A stretch of 63,942 nucleotides of DNA, filler included, from Malassezia furfur (lineage: Eukaryota), in assembly GCA_052055015.1 (NCBI GenBank). It is 3 parts of 3 records of this genome, joined end to end, with 100 filler letters (N's around TTAATTAATTAA, not from the genome) between each part and the next. Parts side by side here need not be neighbours in the genome. Positions count along the whole stretch, not along the records: positions 23,833 to 47,551 come from JBQJIT010000149.1; 2 more parts are not named here. One strand, 5' to 3'. Made by a program: the position numbers and the translations under genes. The notes beneath the pieces are model-generated. The model made no database searches. It was given only the letters and a program-made list of their open reading frames with translations, and had not been told where the DNA came from. Below are positions 23,833 to 35,437 of the stretch, piece after piece (positions within the stretch are counted from its first letter, which is position 1; the number at the start of each line of letters is the position of its first letter).

Positions 23833-26800
23833 ACGACGGGCGCCGGTGCGGCCACGGGCGTCACGGGCGGTGTGAAGAACGCCGCGTTGGGCGTCACGGG
23901 CGGTGCCAAGACCGCCGTGGGCGGCGCCTCGGGCGGCGCGTCGACCTCGGCATCGTCTAGCTCGCCCTCGACGACCGTCGCATCGCCACCGTCGAGCAGC
24001 TCGGCAACGCGCTGCTCGCTCTCCATGCGCACCGTCTCTACATAGACGATCGTGTTGCGCATCCGGTTCACGGCATGCACCTTGTTCGTCGCCGCCTCCT
24101 GCACGTCGTTGGCGAGCATGTGCAGCGCCGCGTCCTGTGTGCGTGGCAGCTGCCACGTACGCAGCGTCTCGACGTGGCGCTCCGAGCGCGGCGACAGGAG
24201 CTGCGTCCAGTCCTCGGGTGCGTCGTCACGCACGCCCGGCGTCGAGATCGACATGGCGGTGTCAAGCAAGGCCAGTGCCGCTTCCACGAGGTGTGCCGCC
24301 TGCTTCACAGCGTGTGCACGCGACGAAGCACGCTCGAGCGGCACGGCCTTGGCGACGCCCTCCAGAGCGGACGGCACACTCGTTGCGGGCGGCAGCGCCA
24401 GCACCTGCCCGCGGTACACCATGTCGTGTGCGCCGCGCGTCGCGCGCTCGTCGTGCGCCACCGACGTCGAGGCGGGGTCGTTTTCCAGGCGCGTGAGCAG
24501 CGCGCGTGCCGACTCACTCAGCTCGAGCAGCATCTCGTTGATCGTGCCGATCTCCAGCTCGAGGCGGTGGATCTCGTGGCAGATCTCGGAGTGCTTCGCA
24601 AAGAACCATGCAGGCACCTCGCGCTCGCAGATACGGCACAGCAGCAGCTCGGTGTGCAGCGCCGCGGTCCCCAGCGGCACATTGGCCGCCGGCTGGCTCA
24701 GCTGCGGCTGCTGCATCGACCGCTCGCCCGCCGCGTCGTCGCTCACGCGCAGCACCCACATGGTGTGCGATGGCTCGGGCGTCGCGCGGTGCTGCACGAG
24801 CATCCCCTGCGCCTCGAGCACGAGCGGCAAGGGGCGCGTGGGCGTCTCGTCGCCGGGCAGCCGCGCCACCTCGCATACGAGCTCCACTGTGTGCCATGCA
24901 TTCTCGCGCAGCTGCTTGGTCGCACGCGCAAAGATGGTGGCGCTCCGGGCGGAGAGGAGGTGGGCGATCGGCACGTCGAGCAGCGCCGCAGGGTCGGTGC
25001 CCACGACCTGCGCCCATGTGGGGCTCACGTACACGATGCGCTCCTCGTCGAGGCTCAGCTCGAGCAGCATGTTGGGCGCCGCGTTGTGCGGCACCGCGTC
25101 GGGGGCTGCAGCGGGCGCTGCCACCGCGTCGGGCGCCGACGGGGCCGACTCGGCCGCCGGTACACGCACAGGCGTCGTGGGCGCGGCGTCTGCCCCTGCC
25201 TCGCCGGTCTCGGTGCCGCGCACCGTCGCACCGTGCAGCCAGCGCGTGGACGAGGCCTCCTCAGCCTGCGCGGCACGCACCGGTGCGCGGGGGTCGTCGC
25301 TCCAGAACCGGTGCTCGGCGTCCCACCACTCGAGCACGCGGCTGAGCATCGCGACGGTGAGCAGCAGCTCCACGTACCACCCCCGTCCATGCCAGTCGGG
25401 GTGCTCGTCCCACACTGCGCCGAGTGCCTGGATCTCGTTGACGTACGGCCGGCACAGCCCGGGACGCGCGAGCAGCGCATGCAGTGACATGCTGCGCAGC
25501 TCGGTCGCGACCGACGCGATGCTCAGCAGCGGCTCGAGTGATGCGTCGCTGGGGCGTGCCTCGTCGTCGCGCGCGTCAAGCAGTGGCATCCCCGCCTCAT
25601 CATCGGCGACCTGCACGGTGGTGTCGGGCGAGTGCTCGTTGATGCTCGCGACATGCTCCGTGTACTCAAGCAGCGCCTCGAGGATCTTGGCGAGCTCTGC
25701 ATCGCACATGCTCTTCGCCTGCACGACCTCGTTCCAGAGCTGCCGGCGCTGCGCGGCGACCGTGTCGTCGATCGACATGGTCGTGTTTTGCCGGCGCGCG
25801 CCCACTGCCGACTTGGGCGCCGCACCGGCCACGCGGTCGCTCGCGACGCGCGTACTGCGCGGCGCGGGCGCATCGTGCACGCCGCGCCGCACGCCAAACA
25901 CGTCGTGCTCGTTGGTGCGGTGCGCATCCGGCGCGGGCGCATCCGGCGCGGGCGCGGGCGTCTTCGCGGCGTCGGTGAGGGCGGCGCGCAGCGACGGCAC
26001 ACTCGCCGCGACGCGCGTGCCGCTCGCGAGACGCACGTAGCTCGACATGTTTTTGTCGACGCGTGCGCTCTGTACATGTACCGCACGCGCATGCGCCACG
26101 GCACGCTGCGCAATACCGGGCGACGGCGCGACGCGCAGCGCCTCGGTCCAACTCGGCCACGCCGCACATTCGCGGCGCCAGTGCTGCGTCTTGTACGCGC
26201 GTGCCACAGCGACGGTGCACGCCTCGGTATCGAGGTGCACGGCGTCAGCGTGCACGGCAGGCGACGCCGACGACGCCTGCCGAGGCCGAGGCCGAGGCCC
26301 AGCGCCGGTTGGCTCATCGCTGAGTCGGAGCCCTCGGTGGGCGAAGGCTGCGGCGAGGTCAGCTGCGACGCATGTCGCGCACGACTGCGCGGCTGTGACG
26401 ACACCATGTTGCTTGCCATCGCGACCGAGCGGGGCACACGCTGTAGACGCAGTCCCTCTCCGCGCCGCGGCGCAGGGCTCGCACTGGGCGAGTCGAGCGC
26501 GAGCGTCTCGAGGCGATGCGCCAGGTCCTGTGGCGGCGGCGACAGCGACAATTCGGGGCCGCTCGAGTCGGACGTCGTGAATGCCGTCGAGTGCGACTCG
26601 ACGATCGGCGGCTCGAGCGACGGGCCCTGCCGCCCACCGCGCCGCGCGTCGCTGATCGCAGCAACCAGTTGGGGGTCGACGCCGTCGACGCCGCCCACGG
26701 GCGAGCTGCACAGAATCCCGCTGCTCAGGCTCGCGGCCGTCGTCGAGTGCGCGCGCCGGTGAATCGTGGGTGTGTGCATGCGCGCGTCGGAGCGCGCAGG

Positions 26801-27625
26801 AGAGTAGGATACGTTGCGCCCTTCACGCGAGCCATTTTGCACATGGCGTGGCACCGACGGCGGGCCCATGACCCCGGGCGGTGTCGCGCGGCGGCCTCCG
26901 CTGTATGAGCGCACAAAGGACACGCGCGCCGGCATGGACGGCGATACAGACTGCGACAACACCGAGGACGCCGGCTTCTGTGCCGCCCGCATCGGCACGG
27001 CTCCGGTGTGGGCGTGCCGTGCACCTGGCGTGTCATGCGGTTCATGGAACCGGCGGCTGGAGGACGGTTCTGCGTGCACATCGTCGGGTAACGTTGGCGC
27101 AAGCGCCAGTGGACTCGAGAACGACGGCGTGGTGCTTTGTAGAGACGAGCGAAAACTGCGCCCACCCGGCGTCTGCCAGGTTGGCGACGCGCCGGGCTGT
27201 GCGAGTGTGCCAGCATCCATGCGTGCTGCGCGCACACTGCGCGCGCTCTGGACGCTTGGCGGGATGCGTGCACGCGCTGATGCGCTGCCAGTCGCAAGTG
27301 GCACACGACGTGCGCCTTGCAGTGGCGTGCTGGGCTCATCGTAGTCCGATCCGCTCGCGCTTGTACTCAGCGTATCGGTTTCCAGCTCAAAGATGCCCGA
27401 AGATGACGCATACTCGCCGCTACGCGGCGTATCGTCAGCACTATCGGATGCATCGCTGCGCTGCGAGTCGGACCGCGGGCGTGTGCGCCGATGTACCGGC
27501 CATGCCGGCTCGACTGCCTCGATCGGTGTCGCATCAAGCACGAGCCGCGGGCGCGTTGGTTGCTGTGGATGTGAAGGCGGGCGTCCGCGCTGCCCGCCCG
27601 CGCCGTCGAACGCTCTGGGAGCCAT
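23833..27625 (-). CDS. RIM15: Rim15/Cek1-like kinase, N-terminal part (PAS + zinc-finger-like region); kinase domain lost in linker
   Basis: AK..CD.EL..I helix, PAS-like LELSLD...YVSPTW..VVGTDP...EAQGML....HTMWV, and LCRICE..VP.WFF.KH.E.C.E.HRLE. The reading frame changes once around 26070-26290. Confidence 0.8.
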
Positions 27626-27846
27626 CCACGTTGGATCGCCGGCGCACGTTGGGCGGAGGACCAAGAATGTGGAGGTGCCGGGCGTGCCGGGTGCGTGCCA
27701 GTCCGCGGACGGGGCGGCGGCCGACGCAGGCGCCCAGGCGCAGCAGCTCAGTCACACACGGCCTTGGATGGGGTACGGAGGAGACCTACAAACGAGACGG
27801 CGTGCACACACGCTTACGGCGATGTGCACTTAGTGCATATGCGCAT

Positions 27847-29607
27847 TTAGTCCTCGGCGTTGTCGCGCTGCGGGCGGGCCGCGGGCTGGTGGCCGGGGAG
27901 AGGCTTCTCCTCGATGAAGAAGAGGCACACAAATGCCAGGAAACCGGTCAGCGCGATCCACACAAACACGGCATGCATCGAGTCCTGGTAGGCCTGCACG
28001 GCGTGCTTGTGCAGCTTGCCCGTGAGCTGGTGGAGGAAGCCAACGTTGTCGCGGATCTGCTCCGCGATCTCGGAGGGCACGTGGCGGTAGCGGAGGTTCG
28101 CCTTGAGCGAGTTCTGCAGCAGCGTGTTGGACAGCGAGATACCCAGCACCGAGCCCACGGCACGGAACAGGTAAGTGACACCCGTCGCGGGCGCCATGTC
28201 CTTCGGGTCGACCGAGGCAATCAGCGCCACGAGCGTGATGGTGAGGATGCTGCCGAACGCCGCACCACCCCAGGGCATGGTGAACCAGTAGGCGAACTCG
28301 GAAGTGTGCTTCGGGTTCCACATGCACATGCCGAGCGGGCCCAGCACGGCCAACGAACCGGCCGCAAGCATCATCTTGCGGTACTTGCCGGTGCGGCCCA
28401 TGATGAGACCACTGCCGAGCGAGCACGCGCTGGCCGTCACGGCGTTGGGGATGAGGTGCATACCAGCGCGCGACGCCGAGGTGCCGGCGACCGCGGTGAA
28501 GTAGAGCGGCACGTTGAACAGGATACCAAACTGGCTGATGCTGATGAACCAGCACGCAAGCGACACAAAGCCGGGCGTGCGGTTGAACAGCACCGACATG
28601 GGCATCAGCGGCTCACGCGCCACGTTCTTCTCCACGTACACAAACACGCCCGCCAGCAGCATACCGCCGATCAGCGAGCTGAGCACTGCAGGGTGGCCCC
28701 ACGGCAGCTCGTTGCCGCCCAGGTTCAGGCCGACGAGCACGAGCGCAACAGAGCTCACGAGCGACAGCGCGCCCCACACGTCGACGCGACGCAGCTTCTC
28801 CGAGACACTGCCGGGGCCGGCGGGGATGTTGATCTTCCACGAGACCATGCCAAAGTGGATCATGCACAGCGGCACCTGCACCAGGAAGGCCCAGCGCCAG
28901 CCGATGCCGCCGTCGGCGAGCGCACCACCGAGCGGACCACCGATCGCAGCACCCGTCGCGAACACGAGGTTGCCCAGACCCTGCCACGTACCACGGGCCT
29001 TGAGGCTGACGAGGTCCGACGTGACGATCGTCGCCATCGACGTCAGACCGCCACCGCCGATACCAGCGATCGCACGCGCCACGCACAGCTGCGTGAAGCT
29101 GCGCGAGAGACCACAGAACAGCGAGCCAATCAGGAACACGCTCGAAGCAAAGAGCGTCGCGGGCTTGCGGCCAAAGATGTCCGACAAGCGGCCGTAGAGC
29201 GGCTGGAACGCAGTCTGCGTCAGCAGGTACGACGTTCCAAGCCAGCCGACCGTCTTGGACACGCCAAACTCGGAGCCGACCGTGCCCAGAATCGTCGCCA
29301 CGATCGTGCCGTCCAGGGCGGCCAGGAACGTGCCGATCCACATGGCGCCCATGACGAGCAGCAGCATGCCAAGCGGGCGGCCGTGCTCGGCTTCCGAAAC
29401 CGCCTCACCGGGCGTCACGTTCAGCTGCGAACGGTCCGGCGGGGGCAAAAAGGCGGACGAGTTGGGGTCCACACCGTGCTCGGCGCCCTGAATCGCGCTA
29501 AACGCACTCTCGTGCGCCAGCACGGCGTTGTCTTCGGCGGCGGCCGACGACGGCGCCTGGTTGTTGTTCCCCAGAAGGGGGGTACGTTCGTTCTGTGTGG
29601 CAGGCAT
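27847..29607 (-). CDS. MFS transporter, DHA2/Vba-like (14-TM drug:H+ or vacuolar basic amino acid transporter)
   Basis: ERTPLL vacuolar-type dileucine signal, FLAALDGTIVAT, QPLYGRLSDIFGRK, RAIAGIGGGG, GGPLGG, WRWAFL.Q.P and many transmembrane segments. Confidence 0.9.
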   Translation of the reverse strand: MPATQNERTPLLGNNNQAPSSAAAEDNAVLAHESAFSAIQGAEHGVDPNSSAFLPPPDRSQLNVTPGEAVSEAEHGRPLGMLLLVMGAMWIGTFLAALDGTIVATILGTVGSEFGVSKTVGWLGTSYLLTQTAFQPLYGRLSDIFGRKPATLFASSVFLIGSLFCGLSRSFTQLCVARAIAGIGGGGLTSMATIVTSDLVSLKARGTWQGLGNLVFATGAAIGGPLGGALADGGIGWRWAFLVQVPLCMIHFGMVSWKINIPAGPGSVSEKLRRVDVWGALSLVSSVALVLVGLNLGGNELPWGHPAVLSSLIGGMLLAGVFVYVEKNVAREPLMPMSVLFNRTPGFVSLACWFISISQFGILFNVPLYFTAVAGTSASRAGMHLIPNAVTASACSLGSGLIMGRTGKYRKMMLAAGSLAVLGPLGMCMWNPKHTSEFAYWFTMPWGGAAFGSILTITLVALIASVDPKDMAPATGVTYLFRAVGSVLGISLSNTLLQNSLKANLRYRHVPSEIAEQIRDNVGFLHQLTGKLHKHAVQAYQDSMHAVFVWIALTGFLAFVCLFFIEEKPLPGHQPAARPQRDNAED

Positions 29608-29868
29608 GGTGTCCGAACACACTACCAAACCAAGGTGTGCAGAAAACCCGTTCCAGGCGTACCCATACCCTCTTTTCGCGGGACCGCTGCTCCACAGCTT
29701 AACCACGCGCCCATGTGGAGCCGTGATAATTCACAGCCAATCGTAGCAAGGGATGCAAGCACTGTACAAAAATCATGCAGGTCTCTATCACAGCTGTGGA
29801 CCTTGGCGGACGCACCGCGGCCTGCATGCACATAGACGCAGCCGGCACTACACGCACTGCGTGCTGCG

Positions 29869-30846
29869 CTACAAGTCGTCGTCCATCGAGATGGGGATCT
29901 CCACCTTTTGTCCAGGCTCAAACGCCGGCATACCCAAGTAGGGGCATGTGCTGCACCGGAACGCATCGCCCAGGAAGCAGCTCCCACAGCTGCTCGTGGC
30001 GCCCCGCGTGTCCACTTGCACTTTTTTCACCGTGCGCGGCTTCCCGTCAGGCCCCAGCACGGTCGTCTCGGTCTCGGTGCGCTCGCCGCCCAGGTCGCCT
30101 TCCTGTAGTTTGACAATGCCGCCTGTCCGTTCCTCCTCTTCCTCGAGCTCGCGCAGTCCACACGTGCACCCCTTGCACGCACGCTTCCGGCGCGCTGGCG
30201 GCGCAGATAGGTCCACAGTGCAGTCCTCGCGCTTGCGGGGACCCATGGCAGCACCAGCCATGAGCGCCTCTTCGCTGATTTGCGTCTCAGGCTGCGTCGC
30301 CCACAGCGCCTTTTTCGATGCGGTACCGTTTGCAGTGCCGTTCGTCTGCTTGCGTCGCAGCGGCAGCGCACTGCCTGCGCCCGCCGCAGGAGACACGTCG
30401 GTCGTCACGGCGGCTGATGCAGGTCGCTGCGCCCGAAGGACCACACTCGATGCGCCCTCAGCAGCGGTGTTGGCAAAGCCAGCAATCGTCAGTTCTGCCT
30501 GCAGCTTGTTTGCCGCGCCCGCTGGCTCTGTCGTATCGATGAGGGCGACCTCAAGCTTGGCGCCCGGCGCCAGCGCCGTGTGCAACTTGGGGAGCAGCGT
30601 CGACCATGCGACACCCTCATATGGGACCAGCACGTATGCCGCGTCAAATGCTGCAGCCGGCGGTGTGTACGCTAGACGTGAGTTTGGACACGTACCCATA
30701 TCGGTGATGCGGTCCACCATCTCGGTCTCAAACAGCGAGCTGAGGCCCTCATACTTTTGGACGGCCTCTTGGTACAGGCCACTGCGTGCTGCGTCCATGC
30801 AGCTCACAAGGAGCGTGCGCTCTTGCACACCTAGAGTGGTCGCCAT
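29869..30846 (-). CDS. DRE2: Fe-S cluster assembly protein Dre2/anamorsin
   Basis: C-terminal [12 protein letters not shown] and [28 protein letters not shown]. Probable 24-nt in-frame intron gtacgtgtccaaactcacgtctag. Confidence 0.95.
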   Translation of the reverse strand: MATTLGVQERTLLVSCMDAARSGLYQEAVQKYEGLSSLFETEMVDRITDMGTCPNSRLAYTPPAAAFDAAYVLVPYEGVAWSTLLPKLHTALAPGAKLEVALIDTTEPAGAANKLQAELTIAGFANTAAEGASSVVLRAQRPASAAVTTDVSPAAGAGSALPLRRKQTNGTANGTASKKALWATQPETQISEEALMAGAAMGPRKREDCTVDLSAPPARRKRACKGCTCGLRELEEEEERTGGIVKLQEGDLGGERTETETTVLGPDGKPRTVKKVQVDTRGATSSCGSCFLGDAFRCSTCPYLGMPAFEPGQKVEIPISMDDDL

Positions 30847-31075
30847 CACGGTGGTTGGCAACGTGCGTTTCTCGCCAAAGCAATCCTTTGCGCCGTAAGT
30901 AAGTCCGACACCAAAAGCAGGCGGGTGGCAACGACTAGGTGTTCGTAACCGTTAACACCGACGTCGGACAAATTTTGTGCGAGTCACCCTTTTTTGTCAC
31001 GCACCGATTGGCTCTGGCACTCTGGCTGACTAAGGCGCCAAGCGCCTCGCGGCCGTGGGGTGATTAGCGTGCACG

Positions 31076-32212
31076 ATGGCACCTTCGCTCGTGGCTGCTT
31101 ACGCTTCGGACTCGGACGAAGACGAGCCGCAGCCGATCGCGCCGGCGCGTGAGCCGCTGACAGCTGCACCAAAATCTGATCCATCCGCTGCGCAAGAATC
31201 CGAGCCGCCGCGTGCGCCGCCGCGTGCTTCGGGGCTGGCGCTGCCCCCGCCCAAAGCAGGGGTGAGTGCAGCAAAACGCCGCATTCACGTCGAGCTTGAG
31301 CCTGCACCCACCGATGCGGACGAAGTCGATACACCGAAGCGGCCCCGTACGGAGCGGAGCGAGGGCATGCATGGCTTACTTGGCATGCTGCCCGCACCCA
31401 AGTCGAACAAGTCCATCGTCAAACCGCCCACCGACGAACCGCGCCCCGAGAATGCCGTCGACGATGACGCACGGATTGCCATCATCGATACACACGATAC
31501 CGGCGATACCAAGGGCAATGATGACTTCCGTGCCATGCTTGGTCTAGCACCCAAAGCGGCGCAGCCGGATTGGGCGAAGCCGAAGCCCAAGGTCATCGAG
31601 GCCGCCCCTCCCACGGTATCAGCCGCGACGATACCCACAGATACCCCATCCGCAAATGTACCTGCTGCGTCTAAGAGCGGGCAACCTTCCACGTCGGCAG
31701 CCTCCAAATTCCGCGTCTCGGCTGCGCCGGACGTCGCGACCAGCTCCACTGACCGTGACCCTGAACCGGAGACAGAGCTGGACGTTGCAGCGATGTACCC
31801 CGGCTGGCGCCAGGATCCAGACGGGTCATGGTATCCCGTCACACCAGAGGCGCACGCTGCTTATGGGGCATGGGCGGCGCAGGCCGAGGCAGAGGCACAG
31901 GCCCAGGCGGCGTTCCGCTCGAAATCCGACGTGGTGCCTGATGCCTCGCAGATGACGACGTTCGACGCCGCAGCGGAGCTGCGGAATGCTCAGCCGAGCC
32001 AGGCTGCACCACCTGCCAACAAGAAGCCCAAGGTGGAGTGGAACATTTCCGAGAAGCTGCAGTCTGAGCGCCTGACGAACATGCGCGCGCGCAACCGTGG
32101 CCAGCTTTCTTCTCTGCTCATGCATGCGGTCGAGACACGCGACACGCTTGAGGAGCGCTGGTCGCAGGGCAAGGCAAAACGTCGTGAAGCAAGCAAACGC
32201 TATGGATTTTAG
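31076..32212 (+). CDS. PRCC-like (MAD2B-interacting / spliceosome-associated) protein
   Basis: N-terminal SLVAAYASDSD, LPPPK and LP.PK motifs; C-terminal QLSSLL..A......LEE.W..GK..RREA..RYGF. Confidence 0.78.
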   Translation: MAPSLVAAYASDSDEDEPQPIAPAREPLTAAPKSDPSAAQESEPPRAPPRASGLALPPPKAGVSAAKRRIHVELEPAPTDADEVDTPKRPRTERSEGMHGLLGMLPAPKSNKSIVKPPTDEPRPENAVDDDARIAIIDTHDTGDTKGNDDFRAMLGLAPKAAQPDWAKPKPKVIEAAPPTVSAATIPTDTPSANVPAASKSGQPSTSAASKFRVSAAPDVATSSTDRDPEPETELDVAAMYPGWRQDPDGSWYPVTPEAHAAYGAWAAQAEAEAQAQAAFRSKSDVVPDASQMTTFDAAAELRNAQPSQAAPPANKKPKVEWNISEKLQSERLTNMRARNRGQLSSLLMHAVETRDTLEERWSQGKAKRREASKRYGF

Positions 32213-32236
32213 ACACGTCCGAGGGCGTGGGGTATG

Positions 32237-32854
32237 CTAGATAGTCCGTCGAACTTCGAATTGCCTGCGTCAGCCAATACACATACCGCTTGACAAAGTA
32301 CACCTGGAAGGCACACACGGCCACGATCAGGACGGTCTGGACGATGGACCACCACTTTACACGCGAGTTGGTGCTTTCGGCCGTGTTGCGGTGCACACGT
32401 TCGCGCATCACGAGGTACTCTTGCTCGTCCTTGAACAGCTGCACATTGGTTGCAAGGTCACGCAGCTCGCGCTCTGCCGGGATCAGTCCCTCTTCCTCGG
32501 TGAGGTACAGGATGCCGTGCACGTTGAAACTGCATGAGCATTGGTGACATACCTGAGCGTCTTGTCCGAGATGGCCGAGAACTCGTTGCTGAAGCAGTAC
32601 GTATACCGCCCATCCGCGTCCGCAATAAAGTCGTACGTGCCCGTGTCCTTGCGCAGCTGCTGGAACAGCAACTGGCCGTCGGGGTCGCGGATGCGAACGT
32701 CAATGTCGAGGTGTCCACCGCCCGACACCTGGTACGTGAGCGTCATCTCGTCTCCAACATGCATGTCCTCAAAGAAGCAGTGCTCTGTGTGAGGCAGCAA
32801 GTCGATTGTGTGTGCCAGCACGCACGGCAGCAGCAGCAGCCATGCGATCCACAT
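32237..32854 (-). CDS. EMP24: p24/GOLD cargo receptor, Emp24 (beta) type (2 introns)
   Basis: Signal peptide, CFFED, YQV..GG.LDID, G.YTYCFSNEFS...K, QEY...RER.HRNTAESTNSRVKWWS, transmembrane segment, KR|QFEVRRTI*. Confidence 0.92.
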
Positions 32855-32972
32855 GGCGTCCAGGCACGTCGCACCCACCGCTGCGCCGCACGCTCGCGGC
32901 CGCTCCACGCGGCTCACGTGTTGGGTCATGTGACCGCACCGCTGGCGGCCGCCAACTTCCATCTTCTGAACG

Positions 32973-33655
32973 ATGGCGGACCAAGAGACGAAGCCGACGA
33001 CGCTGACTGGTGTACGTTGCGCTTCACTGACGCATAGGGCACCGCCGAGGGCGAGCACGACCCCCAATTTGAGCCGGTGATTAAGCTTGAGCAGCAGGTC
33101 GAGGTGAAGACGAACGAGGAGGACGAGGATGTCCAGTTCAAGATGTACGTGTCCCCGACTCATCCAGCCGCGCGAAGCTGTTCCGCTTCGACAAGGAGTC
33201 TAAGGAGTGGAAGGAGCGTGGCACGGGTGATGTGCGCCTCCTGAAGCACAAGCAGACGGGCAAGGTCCGTCTCGTGATGCGCCGCGACAAGACGCTCAAG
33301 GTGTGCGCGAACCACTACCTGGCGCCCGACATCAAGCTCCAGCCGAACGTCGGCTCGGACCGGTCGTGGGTGTACAATGTGACTGCCGATGTGTCGGATG
33401 GCGAGCCCGTGGCGGAGACGCTCGCGATCCGCTTCGCCAACTCGGAAAGTAGGTGGAACCTGACTAACCCCAGACGCCGATCTGTTTAAGAAGGAGTTTG
33501 AGGCCGCGCAAAAATCCAACGAGACCGCCGGCAAGGGCGAGGCCAAGGGCGAGGCCAAGCCGACCGAGTCGAAGGAGGAGGCCAAGCCGGACACCAAGGA
33601 GGAGGTCAAGCCGGCGTCCGACGCTGAGCCTAAGGCCACCGAAACGAAGGAGTAG
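32973..33655 (+). CDS. YRB1: Ran-binding protein 1 (3 introns)
   Basis: [30 protein letters not shown]...[45 protein letters not shown]. Confidence 0.95.
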
Positions 33656-33720
33656 ACGGTCGGTCCGTACTCATACCCATAGCAGCATGTCTTCGGGTTG
33701 TAACCATGGACGGGTCAATA

Positions 33721-35382
33721 CTATGTACTCTCGCTCGAGTCGCTCGCCTCGTCCAGCTCGTCCCACTGGACGCGCGCACGATCCGCTGCCGCGGGGGCCG
33801 CCGGTAACTGGCCCAGCAATGTGTGGAATTGCCGCGAAATGGCGGCGCGGATCGCTTCCCAGGCATGCGCCGAATACCAGCCCGTGGTGATCTGTGTGAG
33901 CGTGCGCACGTACGTCAGGCTCGGCACGGAGGTTACTGTCTCCCTCGGCACGAATTAGTGGGACGATGGTGATGTCCGTAATGTCACACAGCTGGAAGGT
34001 GCTGGTGGACAGCGCCGCATGTTTCCCGTCAAAGATATGCGTCGCTGGCCGTGCGTCCGAGGCCGGCGCACTTTCGCGCTCGCGCTGACCTTGCAGCACA
34101 TCACCGTACTCGGCTTTAAAAATGCCGCGCGCCGTTGCATTCCGCGGCGCTTTGCCGCGCAGATGGATCCGCTGGAAGCTGGGTAAGCAGCGCACATACA
34201 ATCGACTCTCGGGTTCCTTCCGGGGATCGTAGCCAAAGCGCACGAGCGTGTCTCGCCAGGGACCGTCCGCGAACGTGTAGGCAGCGACCGCAAAAAGCTC
34301 CTTGGCTCTGGGGTAAGTCCTCCACGTACTGGACCAACACGCGTGCGTCGCACGCGCGGAACTGGTTTAGCAAGCTGAGGCGCGACCATACGGGGCGAGC
34401 GGCAAAGTGCTACAGTCAGAAACCAGCGACACACCTCTTTCAGCTGCGCCAGCAGCGCCTAGTGTCGGTCCGAGAAGGTGGCACGCGCAAGTGCCTCATC
34501 GGGTCCAGTCGGCACCACGTCCGACTGCGCAAACTTGACCGCGACCGGGGCCATATTCCGCCAGCGCGAGCGGTTCAGATAGCGCGTCACGACGCGTGTA
34601 TCTGGTTCCGTGGGATCCACGTCGGCCTGTCCTTTGCGTACTGTCTTTCGCGCACGCTTAGCGGTGCTTGCCGAGGACACGGTCTGTAGACTCGACGCTG
34701 GGTTCTGCCGGTACGCGTAGTTGAATGGCAACTCCATCCGGCTAAAAAAGGGAGGGGGGATCATGGCCAGGTTGCTCCGCAGTACGTCTCGCTCTTTCTG
34801 GTCCGGCACCTCGTATTCTTCCGTCTCAGGCGCAAAGCGGAACTGTTGCAGCGCGCCGACATCCATTTGGACCAGTGCGCTATGCAGTGCCTCGGTCGGA
34901 TGTGTCGCCGCTCCTGCAGGAAGGTCCGGCTTGAATGCAAAGTCGGCCATGCGTACAAAGCGCACTGTAGATCGCACCGCGCCAAGCAGCGTAAGGGTAT
35001 AGGCTTTGCGCGTCTCCGTGTGCCCCTCGGCATTTCTCCGTTGCCATACGCGTTTCCGAAGCCGCACAACGAGCTCCTGTCCTGGAACCACATCACCAAG
35101 AATAGGGTGCCGATACAAGCTCCCGGTCTCGTCCTCACCAGAAAGGGGAGCGAGGCGGCACTCTATCAATTTCCCCCCGCGGGCCAAGACGTGCGCCAGG
35201 TGGGCCAGTGCGCTGGGTGCGCTTTGCAGCCCACTCCCTGGGCCAGCATAGGGCGAGAGTGTAGCAAGCGCACGCTCCAACGATTCTCGCGTCTGAGTTA
35301 CTACGCCGGGGTATTCGATGGTGACGAGCTGCACCGATGGAATGCGCCAGGCCGGCGCCGCTGACCCCGCGCTATCGACCAT
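33721..35382 (-). CDS. TFC1: TFIIIC subunit tau95/Tfc1 (several short introns)
   Basis: IEYPG.V......AL.TL, HPI.G, G.V....RF..MADF, PPP.FS....P.NY.Y.QN; downstream exons RPVW.R, GPWRD..R.GYDPR, FQLCDITD, TGWY. Confidence 0.85.
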
Positions 35383-35437
35383 GCGTAGTGGAGGTGCACC
35401 GAGGAATTACGCGACGCGCGACGCGTTTCTTCTCTAC

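Noticed and set aside
30949..30960. GTTAACAC word possibly related to a telomere repeat or telomerase template
   Set aside because: A single short occurrence in a divergent promoter with no supporting structure; expected by chance.
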